A stretch of 64,000 nt of DNA from Balanoglossus misakiensis (Eukaryota; Animalia; Hemichordata): contig CM082595.2 of assembly GCA_040954595.2 (NCBI GenBank), forward strand, positions 5,606,137 to 5,670,136, read 5' to 3'. Below, piece by piece: positions 24,097-37,000 of the stretch; the first letter of the stretch is position 1, and each line of letters opens with the position of its first letter. The translations under genes and the position numbers were made by a program. A model generated the notes under the pieces. The model had not been told where the DNA came from. It saw only the letters and a program-made list of their open reading frames with translations, and searched no databases.

Positions 24097-25251
24097 ATGG
24101 AGGTTACCGACATTGATATCATCGACTATTCGGACAACGAGGAAGCAGCGACGAGTTTAAAGAGGGAATCGTCGAAAACCGACTCTGGATTAAGACAAGA
24201 CGCGGAGCAGCATTCGGCCTGGTCGACAACAGCAAAAACTGCCGCGGTGGTGATTCTTTCACTGATCTGCGGAACCTGCTACGCGGGCGGTTCGTTGTTC
24301 TCCGTCGTCGCGCAGACAGACGGGATCGGGAGCTGTTACCTGGGCTTCTTCAATGGCGTTGTGGCCGTCGCGCTTTTGAGTCCCTACATGGTCGCTATGC
24401 GGCACGAAGCCATACCGCACACCCGCGGCGATGCCGTCTTAACAGTCGGCATTGGAATCCTCGGCACCATTGCTACCCTTACATTGCAGTACAACCCCAC
24501 CGTTTCACTGGGCAACATAACTGCTTTACTCTTCGCGTCCATGCCAGTGTTCACCGCTCTCTTCGCATGTATCCTTGGGCAGGAAAGATGTAAACCGGTT
24601 CACCTCATCGCCGCTGTCTTCGGATTCACGGGCATATTTCTCATCACCCGGCCACGATTCGTCTTTCAGTTTAGCGACTTAGAAACCGTGGACAAGTACG
24701 AGGGGGTCTCCTACGCGCTCACCTTGCTTGCGTCGCTCAGCGTATCGCTGGGCCACGTGTTGGGCCGCGCCGTAAGAGGGCGCGTGTCTGTCTTAACTAT
24801 CATGTTCTTCATTGGCGGCATACGTTGCGCGATTTGCGGCGCTCTGTTCGTTTCCCTGCCCTTGACCGTCGACAACGTGACACCGAAAGCAGCCAGCTGC
24901 CTTATAGGGATTTCGGTATTTTCACTCCTGGGCACGTGGTGCAGATTTCAAGGCCTGCGCTTCGAGCACGCCACCACCTTCGCCCTGCTGCTCAATTTCG
25001 AAGTTGTGGCGTCGTACATATTGGACAGGCTGTGCTTCGACTTTCAGTTTGCCGTCACAGATATCATTGGTGCATCGTTGATCGTCGTCTGCTCAGGCAT
25101 AGTCGCCTTTGTGTCTAAGAGAGAAAGAAATAAAGAGGAAAAAGAAGAGACTATTTCAGAAGTTGTGTCAGATGTTCCATCAACTTCATCGGAAGAAAAA
25201 CAACCTTGTGTCCAGACAGGGGAAAATGCCAAGACAGCTGACGAAAATTGA
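24097..25251 (+). CDS. Intronless SLC35G-like drug/metabolite transporter (two EamA repeats)
   Basis: ORF 24043..25251 with first ATG at 24097. About 10 hydrophobic segments; motifs LGNITALLFASMPVFTALFACILGQE, GIFLITRPRF and NFEVVASYILD...IIGASLIVV; charged N- and C-terminal tails. Confidence 0.85.
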   Translation: MEVTDIDIIDYSDNEEAATSLKRESSKTDSGLRQDAEQHSAWSTTAKTAAVVILSLICGTCYAGGSLFSVVAQTDGIGSCYLGFFNGVVAVALLSPYMVAMRHEAIPHTRGDAVLTVGIGILGTIATLTLQYNPTVSLGNITALLFASMPVFTALFACILGQERCKPVHLIAAVFGFTGIFLITRPRFVFQFSDLETVDKYEGVSYALTLLASLSVSLGHVLGRAVRGRVSVLTIMFFIGGIRCAICGALFVSLPLTVDNVTPKAASCLIGISVFSLLGTWCRFQGLRFEHATTFALLLNFEVVASYILDRLCFDFQFAVTDIIGASLIVVCSGIVAFVSKRERNKEEKEETISEVVSDVPSTSSEEKQPCVQTGENAKTADEN

Positions 25252-27495
25252 GACATTTACAAGTATTTCCGGAGAGGCTTTTGCTGTAGACGAGACACAT
25301 TCCACAAGCATTGCAGCCAATTTTATGTTTTTTTTTCAACTATACTCGCTATAGTGGACGTTATGTATGTACATTGTACTAGGTGATATAAAAGTTCCGT
25401 CTGCGGCTGCGCCTATATAGGTTCCTTACGATTCATTTGGCGAAGAGCTGGAAGCAACGTCATTTAACGTCATATCTCGGGTCAAAATTCTAGGTCAGGA
25501 AATATTTGCATAGAACTTAGGGTTGGAAGGTACCAAACCGGCAACGAGGGGTAACTTTTTTAGTCGGGCGGAACTAAAACTTCCACGTCTGTGTGTCGGG
25601 CTATATGGATAGCGGTCTCAGTCACCGTATTGATCGTCCGCCATACTGGCGGTGCTACGTTTTACTAGTTTTGATATAAAACTCTAACAAGTGGGATTTG
25701 CGTCATGTCACCACACGATAGGCCCGCACCCCCGCCCACGTGGGGCTAACCCTGCCATGAAGTGAAACAGCCAAGAGATATTGAAACTGTTTCCTGTAGT
25801 CCTCATTGCCACGAAATTAGTCATATTGTTCTGGTTACAGTAAAATTAATGTGTTTAATTGTAGAATTTGCTATAATTGTTTTTTCCTGATTGATTTATT
25901 GTAATAATTAACTGCCTTTCCTCGATTGGTTTATTTGAATGATTACAAGGCCTTGATTGGCTGTTTCCTGCATGAATACAGCTGGGCTGCTGGCTACCAT
26001 TATGCAAATCACTATACGCAGTATTTCCTATCTACCGTCTGTGAATGGTCGGTCTGTCCAGGCAAAATTTGTTTATCAATAGACGCGCATAGATTATGAA
26101 TAATGAGCCTCGCCATGAGGTGGTGCTGGCGTGTCTCCATTTGCTTTGACCACGGCCCTCTGCAATTTCGTTGATTTTTCCAGTGAAAAACTCAATTTGC
26201 TTTCCCATTTTCCCACGTTTGGGTGTACTGTTCGCCGAAGACGTCTTTAATTGAGGTAAGTCGTTGATTTTTTCCCCCGTCTGTCAAAGAAACATGCCTG
26301 CAAGTCCAGAAACGTTTTGTGAGTTTCCGTTGTCGGAGGGGGTGCGTCTTTTGCTCAAGCATGCTTGGCCGAAGAAATACGATATTGTTGTTCATTTTGC
26401 GACAACGGCTACTCGCTCTTTGTTCAACTTTGCTTCACCGGAAAGTATCAAGTTCAAAACTAGCCGTTTTTTGTATCTCTAAATTCGTAAATGCTACATT
26501 TTTGTCAATTTTTAGCGGCGTATTTGTCTTCGTGAAACTAACTTTTCTTTTGTTCTTCCGTACGTACTCAGAACGTCGTGGACACGCAACATCAAGCCCA
26601 GCAGAACGCGTGGTCTTCAATGGAGCAGTGAAGGTACGTCACTCATTACAATTACTCATTAAGATTCAGTTAGTCAGATGCATTGATGGCAGACAATCGC
26701 GTTCGTGTTGACTTGCTAGATAATATTTTATTTCGTTCGTTAGGGCAGTTGTGTATCAATTTATTCAGTGCAACATCATCAATTTTTGCTCGGGACAAGC
26801 CCTTTCAAGAGAATGGTAATATTTGTCATGGACCCGACCTATACAGATGATCTTGACTCGTCAGTTGCAAGCATGAAGATGACTTCGCGAAATCTATAAT
26901 TGTCTTGCCATAAGAGTAGCTAGTGCAAGTTAGTCTTACAGTTTCGTAAGATTGTTCATCCAAGCAGTTTGGAGGTTTGTCAGAGGATATGGACAACCAA
27001 ACATAATTGCAATGACAATAAAAAATGTCGGCACAGAATTATATAAAAATACAAAGTTGCTCTTTTTTACCTTTTTGTGATATCAATAATTCATGCAATA
27101 CTTTCATAAAGTCTTTCGATGTACAAAATGATTATTCATAACTTCAAAAATGCCAACATTTTATGTTTTGCTGAATTTAAAAAGAAAATTTTGTTTGTGA
27201 CCTTTAAGCGAAATACATGTACTTGGCTATTTCCTCAATTAAGTAAATATTTCCACAGAATAGTATTTTGGCATATTCAAGAAGTCAAACGGCATAGAAA
27301 TCTTCATATCAAAATGGGTCAACAGAGAGCAACTTTGTCACTTTAGTAATGAACAATAATAAAGAGAAACTTTGTTGGATGTGTGTACTTTATTGGATGT
27401 GTCTGGGCATTGCCAAGTTTAGTAGTGTTAGCAAAATACAGGTCCCCCCCCTCCCCTGTCAAATAGTCCAAACAGTCTTTTATTTGAGTGAATTA

Positions 27496-27678
27496 CTGAT
27501 CTCTGGTAGCTGTTGCGAGGTTGTCTGGATAGCCATATGAAGTAACAGTCTTGGTGCATGGTCATCTATTTGACCATCCCCAGAGGTCAGGTGTTCTGAT
27601 CTCTGTGGCTGTTGCGAGGTGTTGTCTGGATAGCCATATGAAGTAACAGTGGTCATCTTATTGGATGATCCCCAGAGA
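27496..27678. repeat. About 100-bp tandem duplication
   Basis: ctgatctctg...gttgcgagg...gtctggatagccatatgaagtaacagt...atccccagag occurs twice. Confidence 0.8.
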
Positions 27679-28280
27679 TTCATGTAGTATAATCTGCTAA
27701 AATGATAGTTTAATCCAAGTCCTAAAAGAGCTTAATAATTAATTGTTAATAATGATTGCATTTTGGATAAAATGTTAGCTGACTGTAGTAAGTTTCATAA
27801 ACTATTTCTGGCTATATTTTTAGTCTTTTAGGGTAGCATGTAGAACTCATTTTAACTTTTCGCATCTTTGATAAACTAGCTTCTTTAATCCCTGAATGAT
27901 ATCATAGGTCACATGCATAATTACTATAAACCTCCAATATGTGTAATTGTAGGGAATCCACAGAAGGAAAAATATGAACATCACAGATAGTGTCCTTAAA
28001 GAGTGTCAGGATCACCACAAAGAGAGGGCAGACAACTTCTCTTGAATTTTGCAAGTTATCTTTATTCATATAAAATGAGCTGACGAAGTTTGAAATCAAA
28101 ACTCGTACAGTTTGTTCACATGAAGAATAAAAATTGCAATAACTCATAACAGAAAGTGAAAACTGACTGAATTTGAAACAGAATTATATTTACAATTCCA
28201 GTTGATTTAGGAGTCGCACAGAACAGTCAAGTCTGAAAATTGTGCTCATTGTTGATTTATCACGTCTAATTGATAATAAT

Positions 28281-28460
28281 GAAATTGCCTTTAGCATGTT
28301 TCTCAGTAAATTTTGGCGGCCATTTTGAAATTCAAATTTGAGAATGTTTCTCAGTAAATTTTGGCGGCCATTTTGAAATTCAAATTTGAGAGTGTTTCTA
28401 ATTAAAAAATTTGCAGTATTCCTCACTTTATTCAAATCTGAAATTGCCTTTAGCATGTTC
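28281..28460. repeat. 48-bp tandem repeat containing GGCGGCCATTTTGAAATTCAAA, within a degraded repetitive element
   Basis: Two copies at 28301 and 28349; the flanking gaaattgcctttagcatgtt is also repeated. Confidence 0.75.
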
Positions 28461-28906
28461 CGAGTCAGGTACTTCCATAAGGGATGTTAATTTCCAGTCA
28501 ATTCAGAAGACTTTGATCCAGTTCCTAAAATAGCATAATGCAATTTCATTGCATTTTAGATAAAAATTACAGCTAGTGTTCATAATGAATGTCAGGGTCA
28601 CCACAAAGACAGAACAGACAATTTCTCTCGAATAATGCAAATCTTTTATTTACTTTATAAAATAAGCGGACAAGTTTGAAATGCTCTGACAATAATAGAA
28701 ATAGGCAGTCTAGAATGTGTGCATGTATAACTGTCAATAGTTTTAAAACTTAGGAATATTGTACGATTGATAGATTCCAAAACTGCATTAAATCTTAATT
28801 GATGTGTACAACCGAGTCCATGGTAACTTCCCTGCACCTAAGGACGAAAATAAAATAACATTAAAATTAATATGAGGGATAACTTAGCAATGTAATTGTG
28901 TGTGTG

Positions 28907-29083
28907 TCTTACTTCGATTGAGCAAACTTCTATTTTTTTTTACAAGTGCATTACGGGCATCATAATCTATGCATGATCTTTTCTAATGCAAAAATGTTTT
29001 GCATCTGAAAAGATCTTGAATAGATTATGATGCCCATAATGCACTTGTAAAAAAAAATTTACCTTAGCTCAACCGAAGTAAGA
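28907..29083. repeat. Long inverted repeat (foldback, about 177 bp)
   Basis: tcttacttcg...ttacaagtgcattacgggcatcataatcta...tagattatgatgcccataatgcacttgtaa...cgaagtaaga. Confidence 0.85.
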
Positions 29084-29223
29084 GTTGTGCTAGGGATTTA
29101 TTAGTCTCTGCAGTACACACATGGGGAGGTTAGGGTGGGGGCTAGGGATGGCATATAAAAAGCCAAAAAAAAAAACTAAGTCATAAACGCTAAAAATTTG
29201 AAATTTGTCTATACCTCCACGTT

Positions 29224-29297
29224 GGGGCATATACAAGTTTCAAAAATTTTCTAAGTTTTCTTTGACTTAGAAAATTTTTGAAACTTGTGTATGCCCC
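29224..29297. repeat. Near-perfect hairpin (33-bp arms, 8-nt loop)
   Basis: ggggcatatacaagtttcaaaaattttctaagt-tttctttg-acttagaaaatttttgaaacttgtgtatgcccc. Confidence 0.85.
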
Positions 29298-29506
29298 CTA
29301 CATAACTTGCATTTTCTAACACTTGCCTTGTCTTTTCAGATCCCGGCTGGACTCCACTTCTTTCGATTGGTCATCAACCATTCAACAGATAGACCTGAAA
29401 CGACAAGTGAATACGAGTTAAATTTCAATATGAAATATGAAATATGAAAATGAAATAAAATACAATAAATTTCAATCCTTGGTGTCTGCTTTTTTGTAAA
29501 AAAAAA

Positions 29507-30490
29507 AAAACACTTAGAAAATTTTCAGGCTTCACTCTATACTTATTAAAAACACTTAGAAAATTTTCAGGCTTCACTCTATACTTATTAAAAACACTTA
29601 GAAAATTTTCAGGCTTCACTCTATACTTATTAAAAACACTTAGAAAATTTTCAGGCTTCACTCTATACTTATTAAAAACACTTAGAAATTTTTCAGGCTT
29701 CACTCTATACTTATTAAAAACACTTAGAAATTTTTCAGGCTTCACTCTATACTTATTAAAAACACTTAGAAATTTTTCAGGCTTCACTCTATACTTATTA
29801 AAAACACTTAGAAATTTTTCAGGCTTCACTCTATACTTATTAAAAACACTTAGAAATTTTTCAAGCTTCACTCTATACTTAAACATGAAAAACACTTAGA
29901 AATTTTTTAGGCTTTACTCTATACTGAAACATGAAAAACACTTAGAAATTTTTCAGGCTTTACTCTATACTGAAACATTAAAAACACTTAGAAATTTTTC
30001 AGGCTTCACTCTATACTTTGAAATTAAAAACACTTAGAAATTTTTCAGGCTTCACTCTATACTTTGAAATTAAAAACACTTAGAAATTTTTCAGGCTTCA
30101 CTCTATACTTAAACATTAAAAACACTTAGAAATTTTTCAGGCTTCACTCTATACTTTTTAAAACACTTAGAAATTTTTCAGGCTTTACTCTATACTTTGA
30201 CATTAAAAACACTTAGAAATTTTTCAGGCTTTACTCGATACTTAAACATGAAAAACACTTAGAAATTTTTCAGGCTTCACTCTATACTTAAACATTAAAA
30301 ACACTTAGAATTTTTTCAGGCTTCACTCTATACTTAAACATTAAAAACACTTAGAATTTTTTCAGGCTTCACTCTATACTTAAACATTAAAACACTTAGA
30401 ATTTTTTCAGGCTTCACTCTATACTTAAACATTAAAAACACTTAGAAATTTTTCAGGCTTCACTCTATACTTAAGCATTAAAAAAACTTA
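29507..30490. repeat. Minisatellite, 42-bp units shifting to mostly 45-bp units
   Basis: Unit aaaacacttagaaa(a/t)ttttcaggcttcactctatactta(aac)tta, about 22 copies. Confidence 0.95.
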
Positions 30491-30510
30491 TAGAGTGTCA
30501 AATGGAGATT

Positions 30511-31020
30511 GATTTGGTCTTACCTTAAGCAGTACTCTTGGATTTTTCAAACCATCATCTGAGAATTGAATTGATTTCACCTTGACTTTAATGCAACTCA
30601 CTGCAATGCAAAGAACAAAATCAGGGTAAGTTTAACAACAATATTAATTACACAAAAAGACTGATAACAGTCAAGAATTTGACAATTTTCATGAGCTTAT
30701 AACCCATGAAAAACGTCTGAAAATGAAAAAGTCACCACCAAAGTTTGCAAAGTCAAGCCGATACCAGTTGTGTTAATGATAGTGAGATAAAGGAAGTGTG
30801 TGTGTGTGTCAAATTGACATTGATTCGGTCTTACCTTAAGCAGTACTCTTGGATTCTTCAAACCATCGTCTAAGCATTGAGAAGATTTCACCTTGACTTA
30901 AACTCACTGCAATGCAAAGAACAAATCAGGGTAAGTTTAACAGCAATATTAATTACACAAAAAGACTGTCAAGAATTTGACAATTTTCATGAGCTATATC
31001 CCATGAAAAACGTCTGAAAA
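30511..31020. repeat. About 311-bp tandem duplication spanning an exon-like segment and the satellite edge
   Basis: ggtcttaccttaagcagtactcttgga...cagggtaagtttaac...gtcaagaatttgacaattttcatgagc occurs at about 30515 and about 30826. Confidence 0.85.
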
Positions 31021-34000
31021 ATACAAAATCACCAAAGTTTGCAAAGTCAAGAATTTGCCATTTTTGACGATTTTCATGAGCTATAACCCATGAAAAATGT
31101 CCCAAAATGACAAAATTACCAAAGTTGGCAAATACAAGAATTTGCCATTTTTGACGATTTTCATGAGCTATAACCCATGAAAAATGTCCCAAAATGACAA
31201 AGTCACCAAAGTTGGCAAAGACAAGAATTTGCCATTTTTGACGATTTTCATGAGCTATAACCCATGAAAAATGTCCCAAAATGACAAAATTACCATAGTT
31301 GGCAAAGACAAGAATTTGCCATTTTTGATGATTTTCATGAGCTATAACCCATGAAAAATGTCCAGAAGGACAAAGTCACCAAAGTTAGCAAAGTCAAGAA
31401 TTTGCCATTTTTGACAATTTTCATGAGCTATCACCCATGAAAAATGTCCCAAAAGGACAAAGTCACCAAAGTTGGCAAAGACAAGAATTTGCCATTTTTA
31501 ACGATTTTCATGAGCTATAACTCATGAAAAATGTCGCAAAATGACAAAGTTGGCAAAGTCAAGAATTTGCCATTTTTGACGATTTTCCTGAGCTATAACC
31601 CATGAAAAATGTCAAAATCACCAAAGTTTGCAAAGTCAAGAATTTGCCAGTTTTGACGATTTTTATGATCTATAACCCATGAAAAATGTCCCAAAATGAC
31701 AATATTACCATAGTTGGCAAAGACAAGAATTTGCCATTTTTGACGATTTTCATGATCTATAACCCATGAAAAATGTCCCAAAATGACAAAATTACCAAAG
31801 TTTGCAAAGTCAAGAATTTGCCAGTTTTGACGATTTTCATGAGCTATAACCCATGAAAAATGTCCCAAAAGGACAAAGTCACCAAAGTTGGCAAAGACAA
31901 GAATTTGCCATTTTTGACGATTTTCATGAGCTATAACTCATGAAAAATGTCGCAAAATGACAAAGTTGGCAAAGTCAAGAATTTGCCATTTTTGACGATT
32001 TTCATGAGCTATAACCCATGAAAAATGTCAAAATCACCAAAGTTTGCAAAGACAAGAATTTGCCAGTTTTGACGATTTTTATGATCTATAACCCATGAAA
32101 AATGTCCCAAAATGACAATATTACCATAGTTGACAAAGACAAGAATTTGCCAGTTTTGACGATTTTTATGATCTATAACCCATGAAAAATGTCCCAAAAT
32201 GATAATATTACCATAGTTGGCAAAGACAAGAATTTGCCATTTTTGACGATTTTCATGAGCTATAACCCATGAAAAATGTCAAAATCAACAAAGTTTGCAA
32301 AGTCAAGAATATGCCATTTTTGATGATTTTCATGAGCTATAACCCATGAAAAATGTCCCAAAAGGACAAAGTCACCAAAGTTGGCAAAGTCAAGAATTTG
32401 CCATTTTTGACAATTTTCATGAGCTATAACCCATGAAAAATGTCCCAAAATGACAAAATTACCAAAATTGGCAAAGTCAATAATTTGCCATTTGTGACGA
32501 TTTTCATGAGCTATAACCCATGAAAAATGTCCCAAAAGGACAAAGTTGGCAAAGTCAAGAATTTGCCATTTTTGACGATTTTCATGAGCTATAACCCATG
32601 AAAAATGTCAAAATCAACAAAGTTTGCAAAGTGGAGATTGTGTCATCTTTTGACAATTTTCATGAGCTGTAACCCATGAAAAGTGTCACAAAACGACAAA
32701 ATCACCAAAGTAGGCAAAGTGGAGATTGTGTCATCTTTTGACAATTTTCATGAGCTGTAACCCATGAAAAGTGTCACAAAACGACAAAATCACCAAAGTT
32801 GGTAAAGTGGAGATTGTGTCATCTTTTGACAATTTTCATGGGCTATGACCCATGAAAAGTGTCACAAAACGACAAAATCACCAAAGTTGGCAAAGTCGAG
32901 ATTTGGTCATCTTTTGACAATTTTCATGAGCTATAACCCATGAAAAGTGTCATAAAACGACAAAATCACCAAAGTTGGGAAAGACAAGAATTTGCCATTT
33001 TTGACGATTTTCATGAGCTATAACTCATGAAAAATGTAGCAAAATGACAAAGTTGGCAAAGTCAAGAATTTGCCATTTTTGACGATTTTCATGAGCTATA
33101 ACCCATGAAAAATGTCACAAAACGACAAAGTCACCAAAGTTGGCAAAGTCGAGATTTGGTCAACTTTTGACATTGTTCATGAGCTATAACCCATAAAAAG
33201 TGTCACAAAACGACAAAATCACCAAAGTTGGCAAAGTGGAGATTGTGTCATCTTTTGACAATTTTCATGAGCTAAACCCATGAAAAGTGTCACAAAACGA
33301 CAAAATTACCAAAGTTGGCAAAGTTGAGATTTGGTCAACTTTTGACAATTTTCATGGGCTATGACCCATGAAAAGTGTCACAAAATGACAAAATCACCAA
33401 AGTTGGCAAAGTGGAGATTTGGTCATCTTTTGACAATTTTCATGGGCTATGACCCATGAAAAGTGTCAGAAAACGACAAAATCACCAAAGTTGGCAACGT
33501 CGAGATTTGGTCATCTTTTGACAATTTTCATGAGCTGTAACCCATGAAAAGTGTCACAAAATGACAAAATCACCAAAGTTGGCAAAGTCGAGATTTGGTC
33601 ATCTTTTGACATTGTTCATGAGCTATAACCCATGAAAAGTGTCACAAAACGACAAAATAACCAAAGTTGGCAACATCGACATTTGGTCATCTTTTGACAA
33701 TTTTCATGGGCTATGACCCATGAAAAGTGTCAGAAAATGACAAAATCACCAAAGTTGGCAAAGTCGAGATTTGGTCAACTTTTGACATTGTTCATGAGCT
33801 ATAACCCATGAAAAGTGTCACAAAACGACAAAATAACCAAAGTTGGCAACATCGACATTTGGTCATCTTTTGACAATTTTCATGGGCTATGACCCATGAA
33901 AAGTGTCACAAAATGACAAAATTACCAAAGTTGGCAAAGTCGAGATTTGGTCATCTTTAGACAATTTTCATGAGCTACAACCCATGAAAAGTGTCACAAA

Positions 34001-37000
34001 ATGACAAAATCACCAAAGTTGGCAAAGTGGAGATTGTGTCATCTTTTGACAATTTTCATGAGCTATAACCCATGAAAAGTGTCACAAAACGACAAAATCA
34101 CCAAAGTTGGTAAAGTGGAGATTGTGTCATCTTTTGACAATTTTCATGGGCTATGACCCATGAAAAGTGTCACAAAACGACAAAATCACCAAAGTTGGCA
34201 AAGTCGAGATTTGGTCATCTTTTGACAATTTTCATGAGCTATAACCCATGAAAAGTGTCATAAAACGACAAAATCACCAAAGTTGGCAAAGTGGAGATTG
34301 TGTCATCTTTTGACAATTTTCATGAGCTGTAACCCATGAAAAGTGTCACAAAATGACAAAATCACAAAAGTTGGCAAAGTCGAGATTTGGTCATCTTTTG
34401 ACATTGTTCATGAGCTATAACCCATGAAAAGTGTCACAAAACGACAAAATAACCAAAGTTGGCAACATCGACATTTGGTCATCTTTTGACAATTTTCATG
34501 GGCTATGACCCATGAAAAGTGTCAGAAAATGACAAAATCACCAAAGTTGGCAAAGTCGAGATTTGGTCAACTTTTGACATTGTTCATGAGCTATAACCCA
34601 TGAAAAGTGTCACAAAACGACAAAATAACCAAAGTTGGCTACATCGACATTTGGTCATCTTTTGACAATTTTCATGGGCTATGACCCATGAAAAGTGTCA
34701 CAAAACGACAAAATCACCAAAGTTGGCAAAGTCGAGATTTGGTCATCTTTTGACAATTTTCATGGGCTATGACCCATGAAAAGTGTCACAAAACGACAAA
34801 ATCACCAAAGTTGGCAAAGTCGAGATTTGGTCATCTTTAGACAATTTTCATGAGCTATAACCCATGAAAAATGTCAAAATCAACAAAGTTTGCAAAGTGG
34901 AGATTGTGTCATCTTTTGACAATTTTCATGAGCTATAACCCATGAAAAGTGTCATAAAACGACAAAATCACCAAAGTTGGCAAAGTGGAGATTGTGTCAT
35001 CTTTTGACAATCTTCATGAGCTGTAACCCATGAAAAGTGTCACAACACAAAATCATCAAAGTTGGCAAAGTGGAGATTGTGTCATCTTTTGACAATCTTC
35101 ATGAGCTATAACCCATGAAAAGTGTCACAACACGACAAAATCACAAAAATTGGCAAAGTCGAGATTGTGTCATCTTTTGACAATCTTCATGAGCTGTAAC
35201 CCATGAAAAGTGTCACAACACGACAAAATCACCAAAGTTGGCAAAGTGGAGATTGTGTCATCTTTTGACAATTTTCATGAGCTGTAACCAGTGAAATGTG
35301 TCACAACACGACAAAATCATCAAAGTTGGCAAAGTGGAGATTGTGTCATCTTTTGACAATCTTCTTCATGAGCTATAACCCATGAAAAGTGTCACAACAC
35401 GACAAAATCATCAAAGTTGGCAAAGTGGAGATTGTGTCATCTTTTGACAATCTTCATGAGCTGTAACCCATGAAAAGTGTCACAACACGACAAAATCACC
35501 AAAGTTGGCAAAGTGGAGATTGTGTCATCTTTTGACAATCTTCATGAGCTGTAACCCATGAAAAGTGTCACAACACGACAAAATCACCAAAGTTGGCAAA
35601 GTGGAGATTGTGTCATCTTTTGACAATCTTCATGAGCTGTAACCCATGAAATGTGTCACAAAACGACAAAATCACCAAAGTTGGCAAAGTGGAGATTGTG
35701 TCATCTTTTGACAATCTTCATGAGCTGTAACCCATGAAATGTGTCACAACACGACAAAATCACCAAAGTTGGCAAAGTGGAGATTGTGTCATCTTTTGAC
35801 AATCTTCATGAGCTGTAACCCATGAAAAGTGTCACAACACGACAAAATCACCAAAGTTGGCAAAGTGGAGATTGTGTCATCTTTTGACAATTTTCATGAG
35901 CTATAACCCATGAAAAGTGTCACAAAACGACACAATCACCAAAGTTGGCAAAGTGGAGATTGTGTCATCTTTTGACAATCTTCATGAGCTATAACCCATG
36001 AAAAATGTCCCAAAATATCCCGGGACTCTACATCAAAATATCGGGAAACATCGAGACTTGACTCAGACCGGTCAGCTGATCTTTGACCATAGCCAAGACG
36101 TTGCTAGTCACATGATCCATATTTGGGTCATGTCCATTTTATTGATAATCGTGAACAAACGTCATTTTGTCATTTTGAGACACCTTTCATGGGTTATAGC
36201 TCATGAAAATTATCATAACATGACAAATTCTTTACTTTAGAATTTGTTGACACGTTGGACATGGAAAGACACCAGCTGCTGTTTGAGGATGATTTTACAA
36301 AACATAATACATGTACTCACCATTGATTTTGCAGGTAGGGAACCTGCTGATGTTTCATTGTTTTCGGCTGTTCTGCTCTCCTCAACTGGCAGTGGCTTGG
36401 CTGTGCTTTGCTGTTTTTTTCTGGCAGTGTGATGGCAAATCCTTCTGAATGTCTCTGCAGACTTGTTTTGATGAACTGTTCTTCTCTTCCTCAATAAATC
36501 TTTTATACCTGTAAAAATAACAATAGTACATTGAGTTATTTTAATGAATGAATGAATTCAGTCAGTGAAATTATTTTTATCAAACAATCAATCAATCAAT
36601 CAATCAATCAATTGAATTGGACATTAAAATATAACTGATAGTAATCACAAATAAAGTAAAGGGAGATTCAGAACTGTGTGATTTTGCGGGTATGGGAGGG
36701 GGGAGGATTTCGATAGAGTATCACATAGGATAGAGCACCTTTTTATTCAATGCATTGCAAAAGAAATGTTTTTCTCTCCGCAACATATGCCAATAATTGA
36801 TTCCCCCCCCCCCAAAAGTGAACCCTAACCCTTTCCCTAAGCCTATCCATTGAATAGACCCTAGCCCTAATACCTACAACAAACAAATGTGACCATATTT
36901 GTAAACAAACATACTTTTCCTGTTTACAATATTTATCAAAAACATCAAACAAGCACACACTACAAACAACTTGAATGTTAACTCTTTTAGCTACAGTGGG

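Noticed and set aside
29425-29895. 156-aa ORF of KYRVKPEKFLSVFN repeats
   Set aside because: Translation of the 42-bp minisatellite; no evidence of coding function.
30953-32535. Repetitive ORFs GHFSWVIAHENRQKWQIL...
   Set aside because: These are by-products of the 87-bp (29-codon) period and are broken by frameshifting deletion units.
30968-36015. CRISPR-like appearance (regularly spaced palindromic repeats)
   Set aside because: The linkers are homologous to each other rather than unique spacers, there are no cas genes, and the context is eukaryotic. It is a satellite.
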